Below, in pieces: positions 27,035 to 38,837 of a DNA stretch of 64,000 nucleotides (positions are counted from its first letter, which is position 1; the number at the start of each line of letters is the position of its first letter). The notes beneath the pieces are model-generated. The model was not told where the DNA came from, made no database searches, and was given only the letters and a program-made list of their open reading frames with translations. A program made the position numbers and the translations under genes. The DNA is from Malacoraja senta (Eukaryota), in the NCBI GenBank assembly GCA_038087875.1, contig CM075995.1, positions 1,676,001 through 1,740,000 of the forward strand. The letters run 5' to 3'.

Positions 27035-28757
27035 TTACTCCAGCTTTTTGTGTCTATCTTAGGCTGGATTATAACAAATAGGAGAGTGAGTGGCGCTCTG
27101 GATATTGCTGCAGGCTTTCTTGCGACTCGTCCTGTACTCACTGCTCTACAAAGGACAGCCTTTAACTGTGAGCGACTCAAAGAGTGAGCAGGCACAGGAC
27201 TGGTCAAGTCCCGCTTCCCCTTTATTCCAACCGCCTCATTAGTTATCGAGAAATTAGATGGAATACTTAACAAACGCACCAATTCCCCAGAGGCGTCCCC
27301 CGGCTTTGAAGCCTCTTCTTGCATTGTGCCGGGGAGCACTCCACATCAGAAGCTTTCCCATGATCGTTATGCTAACCTTGCAGCGGAAACCTCGCCATTT
27401 GCATTTGAAGGAGCTAAATATTAGCCAAGGAAGAAAGGACTCCCTTTCTCGGGAGAAAAAAAAAAGCATGAGAAAAAGTTTCTTCCCACTGTTCCCCACC
27501 TTCTTGGAGCGGGCTGCGAGATTCTCAACAAGAAACAGGAAAGACCGGAGAAATCTTTCAGAGCCTGTTGCAATAAGTAAGATTGGTGAATCTTACAAGT
27601 CAATGAATTTCACACACAACTGTCCGCCCAGCTTTAAAATTTGCACTCAGATTTACTTTGGTTTAGGATAGCGCTCGTTTACGGGGCAATCGCTGGTCGA
27701 CGCGGATTTAGTAGACCGAAGGGCTTGTTTCTGTGCCGTATCTCTAAACTAAACTAACCAACACTAATCTAAACAGTGACCCAGTTCCCTGAGTTTGATG
27801 ATAAGTTTAAAGGGGATGATAGTATCTACGACACTCAGTTTTAGTTTAGTTTAGTTATGTGTTTAGAGTTACATCACAGAAACAGGCCCTTCGGCCCACC
27901 GAGTCCGTGCCGACCAACGATCCCCACAAGTTATCACTACCCTACACACACTGGGGACTATTTTGCATTTATACCAAGCCAATCAACCCACAAACCTATA
28001 CATCTTTGGATGAATCACATATTGATAGATACTTTTGACGTTCTCAATTTCTTGATTGAGCAAAAATATAATTCTAAAATAGATTTTTAAGATAGATTAA
28101 TTACAGATGTTTACCTTTTCCAATAATTATGGGTTTTTTATTTTTCGCATTGCTGCTGCAGTTTGTCATCAGGAAAAGACCTGCCACATGGATTATTTTA
28201 TCAAGTACCTGTTGCCACGTAGCTAGCTTGGACATGCTTAATTGAACAGCAAAAACTTTTAACCGAAACATTACGTGGAGTGTAACATGATAATCACCTG
28301 GTCTAATTAAACCAAACGGACAGGGCAACAATGAATCTCTTTCACTCAAGGATTAAAGTACTGTTCATTAAAAGTCCTCTGAATATGGACAGGAATGTTC
28401 CCCCCACCATTGAGTCTGCCTGCCTTTTGTCCACTTGCTGATAGAAGTCCTGAAGTTATGCTCACTTATTTATTTCCCATCATTTAAATTTGCTTCCCCA
28501 TTCACTATAACGGAATCAAATCTAATGTGAAAACGTGCTCGACATTAAATACTTGACATGTCAACGTTGATCATTGTTATTCTAAGTTATAAATTTCTCT
28601 GATATAAATCAGTTCATTATAAGTTTGATATTAAGCAATTCATTTTGAAACATATATTTTAAAAGTGCAGCAATATCTATTAAGACATACATCTAAATAT
28701 TATGTAGGTGGAAATATTTTTCTACATAATATATACACCTACATATGATGTCGATTT

Positions 28758-29075
28758 TTTAGTTTAGCTTAGAGATACAACGCGGAAACAGGCCCTTCGG
28801 CCCACCGAGCCCGCGCCGACCAGCGATCCCAGCACATTAACACACACTGGTGAGAATTTTACACTTACACCAAACCAATTCACCTACAAACCTGTATGTC
28901 TTTGGCGTGTGGGAGGAAACCGAAGATCTGGGAGAAAACCCGCGCGAAGAATGTCAGGGGAAGAACGTACAAAATCCGTACGGTTTGCAGCACACAAGGT
29001 CGGGATCGAACCCGGGTCTCTGGCGTTGTAAGCGCTGTAAGGTAGCAATCCTACCACTGCGCCACCGTGTTGCCC
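28758..29075 (-). mobile_element. HE1-like V-SINE
   Basis: Head, V-core and tail. Confidence 0.85.
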
Positions 29076-30333
29076 TTTCTACATAGATGTATGTAGAAAT
29101 AGTTAGTTAAAATATCAATTTCAAAATGAATTGATTAACATCAGACAAACCAATAAAAAATTGGTTTATATCTGATTGATATAGAAATATTAACACATAT
29201 TTCCTCCACATAAAATGGTGCGTTATTTTTATGAAAACTGTCTCAAGAAGAAAAATGTAAAAGAAAAATCATGCAGCAACTAAATGTCACACTTATACAT
29301 GGTGGGGTAATAAACAATGTGAAATGGGTTATGATTCTTTATGATTATATATTCTTTATGATATGATGATTCTTACCTGTGGTATATCTGAACATTAAAA
29401 TGTATCCAAATATCTAAGTATAATGTTTTTATCTCAGTCTGTTAAAAGGATATTATTTAGCGTTGATGCCAATCCCAAAGACATATAGGTTTGTATGTTA
29501 ATTGGCTTGGTATAAGTGTAAATTGTCCTTAGTGTGTGTAAGATAGTGTTAGTGCGGGGATCGCTGGTCGGCGCGGACTCGGTGAGACGAAGGGCCTGTT
29601 TCCACACTGTATCTCTAAACTAAACTAAACTAAAATCGTGGACAGTTGAAGTTTAAAAAGGCGCAAACGCAATATTCAGAAGTTTATTATTTAGAATTTT
29701 GTTTTGCCTTGGCACAAAATACCGTCAGATTTACCAGTGTGGTTTTCCTATAAAAATCACTCTATAATTAAAACCCTGTGCACTCCAAACACTGTAAGGG
29801 TCTATTAGTGGAGGGATCACCTCATTACTTGGGGTATTTTGTTGTTTGCCTTTGAAGATTAACACAGGTTTGGTGCTCACGTTTCCCAGAATTGAGATGT
29901 TAATGGAGTCATTAGTCAGTGCCCCCACATGAAGCTTGCTCTACAAAGTAAGTCCTCTTCAGCAGAAAGCACTTCTTTTTTTTTTAAATGGCTCGCATCC
30001 AGTGGAACTGAACACCTGGCCCAGTTTCCCAGGATCGGTGAATGATGGAATATAGGCTGATCTCAATCTTTGTTGACTTTGTCTCCGAAACACAAATAGG
30101 AGAAAAGTCTGTTCAAATTTCCAGCCATCCATTGCTGACAATGGACGTAGCAACCATGTTGTCACACGAGCTGCCAAGTATTCAGGCGTGATTAGATTCA
30201 AATTTAACACAATTTTATTTGAAAATTGCTTTCCGACGATGCTGTGGAAACTGTCTCAATTTACAGCGGTCAGGCCTCTGTGAGTGGAAAGGCGGTTTAA
30301 TTCAGGCATCAATTCGTCTCATGCCGCTGGGTT

Positions 30334-31227
30334 TTAAGTTGCCCAAGCGAAATATGAGGTGCTGCTCCTCCAATTTGCGTTTGGCCTCACTCTGACCGTG
30401 GAGGAGGCCGCCTTCTGCAAAGTCCGTTCCCTCCGCAACTCCCTGGTCAACTCGTCCCTTCCCACCCCCAAACCACCCCCTCCCCAGGTAACTTCCCCTG
30501 CAACCGTAAGAGATGCAACACCTGTCCCTATACCTCTTCCCTCAACTCCGTCCAGGAACCCTGACAGTCCTTTCAGGTGAGGCAGAGGTTCACTTGCACC
30601 TCCTCCAACCTCATCTACTGTATCCGCTCTTCCAGGTGTGGACTCCTCTATATCAGTGAGACCAAGCACAGGCTCGGCGATCGTTTCGCTGAACACCTCC
30701 ACTCAGTCCATCTCCCGGTTGCTAAACACTCTGACTCCCCCTCCCATTCCCACACTGACCTTTCCGTCCTGGGCCTCCTCCAATGTCAGAGCGAGGCCCA
30801 ATGCAAATTGGAGGAACAGCACCTCATATTTCGCTTGGGCAGCTTACACCCCAGCGGTATGAATATTGACTTCTCTAACTTCAAGTAACCCTTGCATACC
30901 CTCTTTCTTCATCCCTTCCCCTTCATAGTTCTCCGACCAGTCTGACTGTCCTCCTGATTAAATTTTACATAATATGCCTCATTGTCACCTTCCCCCAGCT
31001 AACAATGATCTCTTCAACATTTTTTTAAATCTTTAACACTTTTGATCATTTTCACACCTTACCCTTCCCTATCTCTCGTTTCCCTCTCCCCTGACTCTCA
31101 GTCTGAAGAAGGGTCTCCACCCAAAACATCACCCATTCCTTCTCTCCAGAGATGCTGCCTGTCTCGCTGAGTTACTCCAGCATTTTGTGTCTACCTTTCG
31201 TGTAAGCCAGCTTCTGCAGTTCCTTCC
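30334..31227 (+). mobile_element. Penelope-like element 3' part: GIY-YIG endonuclease remnant and pLTR
   Basis: ORF 30577-30888 FTCTSSNLIYCIRSSRCGLLYISET..RL..RF.EH...E...I...P.GMN; an inverted copy of the ORF end at about 30338-30405; decayed hammerhead-like motif at 31103-31130. Confidence 0.88.
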
Positions 31228-31537
31228 TATGCCATTCTCCTGCCTACTCCCCATAAACCCCTGAGACCGTTACTAATCAAGAATCTGTTAATCACCGCCG
31301 TGGTTAAGAAAATATCCATTCTCTTGGCCTCCACAGCCGTCTGTGGCAATGAATTCAACAGATTCACCACCCTCTCACTGAAGAGGCAGATCTGAGACGT
31401 GTCAGGTGTCAGGTAAACAACAGACATTGTTTCAAGGTGAATGGCAAAAGACTCAGAGGCAGTAGATATTATTTATGTGACATTTTTTTAAATACAAGGT
31501 GTATTGGAAGCAGATCAAATATTAACCTCAGAATAGA

Positions 31538-32092
31538 ATGTGGAGCAGCGGCAGAGTTGCTGCCTTACAGCGCCAGAGACCTGGGCTCGATCCTGACTAC
31601 GGGTGCTGTCTGTACGGAGTTTGTACCTTCTCCCCGTGACTGCGTGGGTTTCCTCAGAGATCTTCGGTTTCCTCCCGCTCTTCAAAGTCGTACAAGTTTG
31701 TAGGTTAATTGGCGTTGGTATAAGTGTAAACTGTCCTCAGTGCGTGTCGGATAGCGTTAAGGGCCTGTCCCACTTTCACGACCTAATTCACGACCGTTTT
31801 TACTCGTGGACATTTTTCATAAGGCTAGAAAAAACGGCCCAACCTACTTGATGCCACGAGTACCTACGACTAGCATCACGGCCTGCTACGACCCATCTAC
31901 GACCTCCTACGACCTCGTGACGACAATGCTGCGAGTATGAGTCAAGGGCAAACTCGGCAGAGGTCGTGAATTAGGTCGTGAAAGTGGGGCAGGCCCTTTA
32001 GTGTGCGGGGATCGCTGGTTGGCATAGAGTTGGTGGGCCAAAGGGCCTGTTTCCGCGCTGTATCTCTGAACTAAACTGAACTAAACTAAACT
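31538..32092 (+). mobile_element. HE1-like V-SINE interrupted by MITE 3
   Basis: SINE sequence is continuous across the TTA duplication. Confidence 0.85.
31760..31997. mobile_element. PIF/Harbinger-type MITE 3
   Basis: About 35-bp TIR AGGGCCTGTCCCACTTTCACGACCTAATTCACGACC; TTA TSD. Confidence 0.88.
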
Positions 32093-32196
32093 AGCACATC
32101 AGCAAGAGGCATGAAAGCAACACAGCTGAGGAAAAAAATTGCTATTTTAATCATTTTACAATGGTTTAAATATCTGTATAAGTTCATAAGTGATAG

Positions 32197-32490
32197 TCAA
32201 GTCAAATCAAGTCAAGTCAAGTCACATTTATTTAGTGACCCAGTCTGAAGAAGGGTTTCGGCCCGAAACGTTGCCTATTTCCTTCGCTCCATAGATGCTG
32301 CTGCACCCGCTGAGTTTCTCCAGCATTTTTGTGTACCTTCACATTTATTTATATAGCACATTTAAAAAACAACTCTCGTTGGCCAAAGTGCTTTACATTT
32401 GTTATAAGAATAGCACAAGCAAAACAAACTACATACATATATACATGTAGCCCTCACTCAGAGGACGTCAGGGAAGGTTTGGGAGTATAT
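32197..32490 (-). mobile_element. L2 3' tail fragment (same family as 15365-19107)
   Basis: Reverse complement of about 18945-19107, split by a Penelope-derived insert. Confidence 0.85.
32235..32338 (+). mobile_element. Short Penelope-derived insertion with intact hammerhead-like core (32245-32272)
   Basis: TCACATTTATTTA TSD; CTGAAGA-A-GGGT-TTCG-GCCC-GAAA-CGTT. Confidence 0.78.
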
Positions 32491-33504
32491 ATAGGAGCAG
32501 AATTAGGCCATTCGGCCCATCAAGTCTACTCTGCCATTCCACCATGACTCACCTATCTCTCCCTCCTAACCCCATTCTCCTGCCTCCACATAACCCCCTG
32601 ACATCTATCTACATCTGCCTTATCTGCATCTTTTCGGCCCTTAAAATTCCACCACAACTTCCTCTTTGCTCCCTGCCCAGCCCCCGCCTCTTGTGCATGC
32701 TTGCCTCCATTCACGAAGGGTCTGAGGGGTTTATTTCTTCCCGTGAATGTGCGGCAGGCTTTCTGCGAGCTATGAATTTTAAAGTGACCATTTTCCTTTC
32801 AGCAGAGGTGGACAATGGGAGGTGGGGTGGAGGAGGGGTGTGGGGAGAGGGGGGGGGTGGAGAAAGTCCTTTGACTCACTTTCACAGCTCGGTGAGTCTC
32901 CCAGATCAACCACATTCCACGTAGACTGGAGTCAGAGGTTGCGTCGGAGGCTCCCACAGAAGGCCAGGGAGCAGGTGGCCGGTCTTTGGGCACTGCCCCG
33001 GCCTTCTCCTGGCGATAAGAAACGGTTGGACATATACATGGTTTGGACAAGTTTGGAGGGATTTGCACCAAGCGCAGGCAGGTGGGACTAGTGTAGCTGG
33101 GACATTGTTGGCCGATGTGGGCAAGTTGGGCCAAAGGGCCTGTTTCCACACTGTATCACTCTATGACTCTATGATAGCCACCAATGCGGGGAAACCAGGC
33201 TATCGATTCCTGAATAGGCCTGTAGGTATGAACCCCTGCACACAGATGGCAAGATCATTACGAGCAGTTAGTTTCTGTAATGTATCTGTAGGACACACTC
33301 CAAGAATGTCATGAACATGTACTGTATGTACTGCAAACTGCTCCCCCCCCCCAGTGGCATTACTGGTTCGAATGCTACAATTGCTAAATAAATTATCTTT
33401 TGCACACACACTCGCACTTCATTACTTTCTGCTTCTCACTGTATCTCGGTACACATGACAACAAACTAACTTGAACTGAAACAGAACTGAACTGAACAGT
33501 TTTC

Positions 33505-33860
33505 AGTCTGAAGAAGGGTCTCGACCCGAACCCTCAATCCCTCCCCCTTCATAGTTCTCCGACCAGTCTGACTGTCCTCCTGATTAAATTTTACATAATA
33601 TGCCTCGTTGTCAACTTCCCCCAGCTAACAATGATCTCTTCAACATTTTTTTTAAATCTTTATCACTTTCGATCATTTTCACACCTTACCCTTCCATATC
33701 TCTCGTTTCCCTCTCCCCTGACTCTCAGTCTGAAAAAGGGTCTCCACCCAAAACGTCACCCATTCCTTCTCTCCAGAGATGCTGCCTGTCCCGCTGAGCT
33801 ACTCCAGCATTTTGTGTCTACCTTCGGTTTAAACCGGCATCTGCAGTTCCATCCTACACA
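33505..33860 (+). mobile_element. Penelope pLTR copy
   Basis: Near-identical to about 30912-31227. Confidence 0.8.
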
Positions 33861-33864
33861 TGAT

Positions 33865-34178
33865 TTCAGTTTAGTTTAGTTTAGAGATACAGCGCGGAAA
33901 CAGGCCTTTCGGCCGTCCGAGTCCGCGCCGACCAGCGATCCCCGCACACTAGCACGATCCGACACACGCTAGGGACAATTTACAATTATACCAAGTCAAT
34001 TAACCTACCAACCTTTTTGGTTGCATTTTGAGCGTGGGAGGAAACTGGAGCTCCCGGGGAAAACCCACGTGGTCACGGGGAGAAGGTACAAACTCTGTGC
34101 AGACAGCACCCATAGTCAGGATCGAACCCGGGTCTCTGGCTCTGTGAGGCAGCAACTCTACCGCTGCGCCACTGTGCC
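33865..34178 (-). mobile_element. HE1-like V-SINE
   Basis: Head, V-core and tail. Confidence 0.85.
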
Positions 34179-34339
34179 AGTTAGTACTTTACGATTAGTT
34201 TGAAATTATTCCATTCCTTTTCCTCTATTGTTTTTAAGTCCGTTTCGTGAAAAGCATTTTTTTTTTCCCACTTTGACCCTTTTATATTTCAAAGTTCAAT
34301 TATACTCAAAAAGGAAGAATAGGTTACTTTGTGCAGTGT

Positions 34340-34468
34340 CGGAAGGAACTGCAGATGCTGGCTTAAACTGAAGATAGACACAAAACTCTGGAGTAACTCA
34401 GCGGGATAGGCAGCATCTATGGAGAGAAGGAATGAGTGACGTTTCAGGTCGAGACCCTTCTTCAGACT
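34340..34468 (-). mobile_element. Penelope pLTR with hammerhead-like core at 34438-34465
   Basis: Reverse complement CTGAAGAAGGGTCTCGACCTGAAACGTC. Confidence 0.75.
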
Positions 34469-34734
34469 TCTTCAGACTTTGGGCAATGTTCTGCCTTGGA
34501 GTCGCAACACTTTCCAAACTAACTTACTTCTTTGAAGTGCAGCATGAGAGTCACAAGAACAATAATATCCAAAGGACAATGTCACTCCATCATGAAATCC
34601 ATGTCTTTCTATTTCTCGTCATCCTTTCCTCTTGTGAACCAAGCTCCTAGATCTTTTCTGCACCCTTTACCAGCTTAACAACATCGTCCTTGTCTCAAGG
34701 TGACCAAAATAATACTCCTAATATGTTCATAAGT

Positions 34735-35430
34735 TGATCACGAGGGGAATAGATCGGGTAGATGCACAGAGTCTCTTGCGCAGAGTAGACGAATCGAGGA
34801 CCAGAGGATGTAGGTTTAAGGTGAAGGGGGAAAGATTTAATAGGAATCAGAGGGGTAACTTTTTCACGCAAAGGGTGATGGGTGAATGGAACAATCTGCC
34901 AGAGGAGGTAGTTGAGGCAGGGACTATCCCAATGTTTATGAAACAGTTAGACAGGTACATGGATAGGACAGGTTTGGAGGGTTATGGACCAAACGCGGCC
35001 AGGTGGGACTAGCGTAGATAATAATAATAATTTATATAGCGCCTTTCTAATACTCAAGGCGCTTTACATCGCATTATTCATTCACTCCTCAGTCACACTC
35101 GGTGGTGGTGAGCTACTTCTGTAGCCACAGCTGCCCTGGGGCAGACTGACGGAAGCGTGGCTGCTAATCTGCGCCTACGGCCCCTCCGACCACCACCAAT
35201 CACTCACACACATTCACACACATTCACACGCAGGCAAAGGTGGGTGAAGTGTCTTGCCCAAGGACACAACAACAGTATGCACTCCAAGCGGGATTCGAAC
35301 CGGCTACCTTCCGGTTGCCAGCCGAACACTTAGCCCACTGTCGCCATCTGTCGTCCCATGGGACATGTTGGCCAGCTTGGGCCAGTTGGGCTGAAGGGCC
35401 TGTTTCCACGCTGTATCACTCTATGACTCT
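34735..35430 (+). mobile_element. CR1 3' fragment (HER1-like tail) split by a SINE
   Basis: ORF 34734-35012; tail resumes at 35358. Confidence 0.85.
35020..35357 (-). mobile_element. tRNA-derived SINE with CORE-like centre and L2-type tail (second SINE family)
   Basis: B box GGTTCGAATCC, GTGTCCTTGGGCAAGACACTT, tail TGTAAAGCGCCTTGAG...GCGCTATATAAAT(TAT)n. Confidence 0.8.
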
Positions 35431-35977
35431 ACCCTCTCTCAGCTTGATACCTGATCTTCCCCTAGCTCACCATGTCTACTGGCTGGCCATTTCTCAGTCT
35501 GAACGCGAGACAGCTGAATTTGCCAGACTCACAAATTAAACCATTCCAGCATATCATGTGAACAATTACTGTTTACTTTAACAAATCTCCAAGGTCGCGG
35601 GCTGGTGAGCGAGCACCTTTTGGGATGGAGGCTGCATATGAGTTTAATTTGCAATCCGTACACAATGGCTATTTTTGTGATCATAAATCCTTTCCGAACT
35701 CAATTTTGCTCGGTAGTAATTCAATTGGAATTCCTCATTCTGTCCCGAAGAGTAAAATCCCTTCCCTGAATCAGAGAACACAGCAGGCAACACGTCATCA
35801 TGTTGCTACCTGTGCCATGACTATGGTCAAACAACTTTGACTTCATCTTCATGGAAAGTTTGTGATACGAGTTAGTAAATTTGAATACAGGCAAGCGAGA
35901 TTAAAAAGCGCAAAATGGAAGCCAAGACAATGGATATTTGTGAAGCAGAGACTCAGCAAAGCAAGACAAGAAAGCAA

Positions 35978-36082
35978 AGAAGGGTCAGTCTGAAGAAGGG
36001 TTTCGGCCCGAAACGTGGCCTATCTCCTTCGCTCCATAGACGCTGCTGCACCCGCTGAGTTTCTCCAGCATTTTTGTGTACC
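35978..36082 (+). mobile_element. Short Penelope-derived insertion with hammerhead-like core
   Basis: ACAAGAAAGCAA TSD; core at 35990-36017 with a GTG triplet at the cleavage position. Confidence 0.75.
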
Positions 36083-37193
36083 ACAAGAAAGCAAGACAGA
36101 TTCTTGACTAGTACGGATGTCAGGGTTATGGGGAGAGGGAAAGAGAATGAGGGGGGCTAGGAGGGACAGACAGATCAGCCATGATTGAATGGCGGAGTAG
36201 ACTTGATGGGCCGAATGTCTTAATTCTGCTCCTAGATTTCAGAGATACGGTGCCGAAACAGGCCCCTTCGGGCCACCGAGTCTGCACCGACCAGCGATCC
36301 TTGCACACTAACGCTATCCTACATGCGCACTGGGGACAATTTACACTTACACCAAGCCAATTAACCTACAAACCTGCACCTACTTAGTCATGGCATTGCT
36401 TGTTAAACAGTGGACTCCTTGTTAAAAATTACTTCTGAACAAGGGTGGCATGGTGGCGCAGCTGGTAGAGCGGCTGCCATACATTGCCCGAGATCTCGGT
36501 TCAATCTTGACCTCGGGTGCTGTCTGTGTGGAGTTTGCACACTCTCCCTGTGACGGCATGGGTTTCCTCCAGGTGCTCCGGTTACCTCCCACATCCAAAA
36601 GATGTGCGGGTTTGTAGGTTAATTGGCCTCTGTAAAAAAAAAAAATCCCTTGATGTACAATGGTATAATTTTAAATTGTCCCTAGTGTGTTTGGGATGGT
36701 GCTGGTGTACAAGAACCAATGGTCGGTGTGGACCCGGTGGGCCGTACAGACAGCACCCGTGGTCGGGATCGAACCAGGGGCTCTGGTGCTGTAAGCAGTG
36801 TGACAGCATGGAACTAGTGTCAACGGGTTCTCAAAGGTTGGCGTGGGCTAGATGGGCCGAATGGGCCTGTTTCCATGCTGTTCCTCTAAATTTGATTGAA
36901 ACAGGTGTCAAGGGTTATGGGGAGAAGGCAGGAAAATGGGAATGGGAGGCAGAGATCAGCCATGATTGAATGGCGGAGTGGACTCGATGGGCCGAATGGC
37001 CTAATTCTACCCCGATAACGTGAACTTGTGAACTCTAACCTAAACGATCAAAGTCTCAGCCTGGCTCTCGGGCTGTTGTTGGACGTACTTTCTCTGCTGC
37101 ACATCACAAGATGTTGACCACGTGAGGGTCAGTACCAGATTTTACAAGTTTGAACAATTTACCCACTGTATTAAGGTAAGCTCCTATAATGAA

Positions 37194-37466
37194 GGGCAGC
37201 CCAGTGGCGCAGCGGTAGAGTTGGTGCTTGACAGTGCCAGAGGCCCGGGTTCGATCCTGACTATGGGTGTTGTCTGTACGGAGTCTCCCCGTGACCTGCG
37301 CGGGTTTTCTCCGAGACCTTCGGTTTCCTCCTACATTCGCGCAGGTTTGTAGGTTAATTGGCTTCTGTAAACTGCCCCTAATGCGCAGGATAGAACTGGC
37401 GTACGGGCGATCGCTGGTCGGCTCCGACTCCATGGGCCTGTTTCCGCGCAGTATTTCTAAACTAAA
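37194..37466 (+). mobile_element. HE1-like V-SINE
   Basis: A and B boxes, core and tail. Confidence 0.82.
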
Positions 37467-37514
37467 AGCTTTTCACCGTGCCTCGTTATGGGTGGCAATA
37501 ATAGACTTTATACT

Positions 37515-37808
37515 TTAGAGATGCAGCGCGGAAACAGGCCCTTCGGCCCACCAAGTCCGTGCCAACCCCGTGCACTAACACTATCCCGCACACACTGGGG
37601 ACAATTTACAATTTTACCAAAGTTAAATTAACCGACAAACCTTCACGTCTTTGGAGTGTGGGAGAAAACCGGAGCACCCGGAGAAAACCCACGCGGTCAC
37701 GGGGACAATGTACAAACTCCGTACAGACAAGCACCTGCAGTCAGGATCGAACCCGGGTCTCTGGCGCTGTGAGGCAGCAACTCTACCGCTGCGCCACCGT
37801 GCTGCCCC
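37515..37808 (-). mobile_element. HE1-like V-SINE
   Basis: A and B boxes, core and tail; tail-to-tail with the previous copy. Confidence 0.85.
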
Positions 37809-37825
37809 AATCATAGGGTCAGTAA

Positions 37826-38526
37826 AGGGCCTGTCCCACCAGCATGCGATTGCATACGTCTAGCGCGACCAAACGTGGTCGCTTGAGGCGTACGGCCGCG
37901 CGGGGCCGGTCCCACTTCGAACCGCGGAGGTGTATGGAGGCTGTGCGGGGCTGGTCCCGACATCATACTCACCAATCAGCTGGGCAGGAGGCGAGCCGAC
38001 TGAATTTGGACGTCGCACGGCGTCGGGCAGTGACATCGCGCAACGGCACGCCGGGCGGTGACGTCATCACGCAATGGCACGCCGGGCGGTGACGTCATCG
38101 CGCAACGGCACGCCGGGCGGTGACGTCATCACGCAATGGCACAAAGGGCGGTGACGTCATCGCCCAACGGCACGCCGGGCTGTGACGTCATCGCGCAATG
38201 GCACGCCGGGCGGTGACGTCATCGCGCAACGGCACGCCGGGTGGTGACGTCATCGCGCAATGGCACGCCGGGCAGTGACGTCATCGCGCAACGCCACGCG
38301 CTAGGCGTACGCCGTCAAGTCGCTGCGGGCCGACAGGCCGTCGGCGTGCGGAATTTTCAGACAGTGCAGGATTTTCGGAGCCCCGCACGATGTCGGGACC
38401 AGCTCCGCACAACTCCATACGCCTCCGCGGTTCGAAGTGGGACCGGCCCCGCGCGGCCGAACGCCTCAAGCGACCACGTTTGGTCACGCTAGACGCATGC
38501 AATCGCATGCTGGTGGGACAGGCCCT
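37826..38526. mobile_element. PIF/Harbinger-type MITE 4 with long TIRs and an internal 31-bp tandem array
   Basis: TIRs >130 bp beginning AGGGCCTGTCCCACC; TAA TSD; CpG-rich. Confidence 0.9.
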
Positions 38527-38837
38527 TAAGTCAACAATCGTTGAGGAGAGGGGGGAGGATGATTCTGAGTAGAAGTTAAAGATGATATTTGTTTCTTAAA
38601 ATAGGTCATGCCTGATTTTCCTTGGTTATGGATTTGGCGAGACGTATGCGCGGTGGTAGCATGCCAGATTGGAATGACATCTGTGAGCAGTCTGCAAGTG
38701 CGCTATTATCATTTTCTGCAACAATGCTGCCTCTGACTCAGAACAGCTGTGCACCCAGCAGCAGCTACTCAGCCTCAAATTATGTGAGCAAACTGCAGAT
38801 TGGACATCGCTGCATCACGGGCAAAGATTAAAGATAG

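Noticed and set aside
37194..37808. Inverted SINE pair as a functional dsRNA element
   Set aside because: Expected by chance at this SINE density, with no evidence of transcription.
38030..38292. CRISPR-like regular repeat (also 21034-21110 and 54950-55250)
   Set aside because: Head-to-tail tandem units with no unique spacers, no cas genes, and a eukaryotic context.
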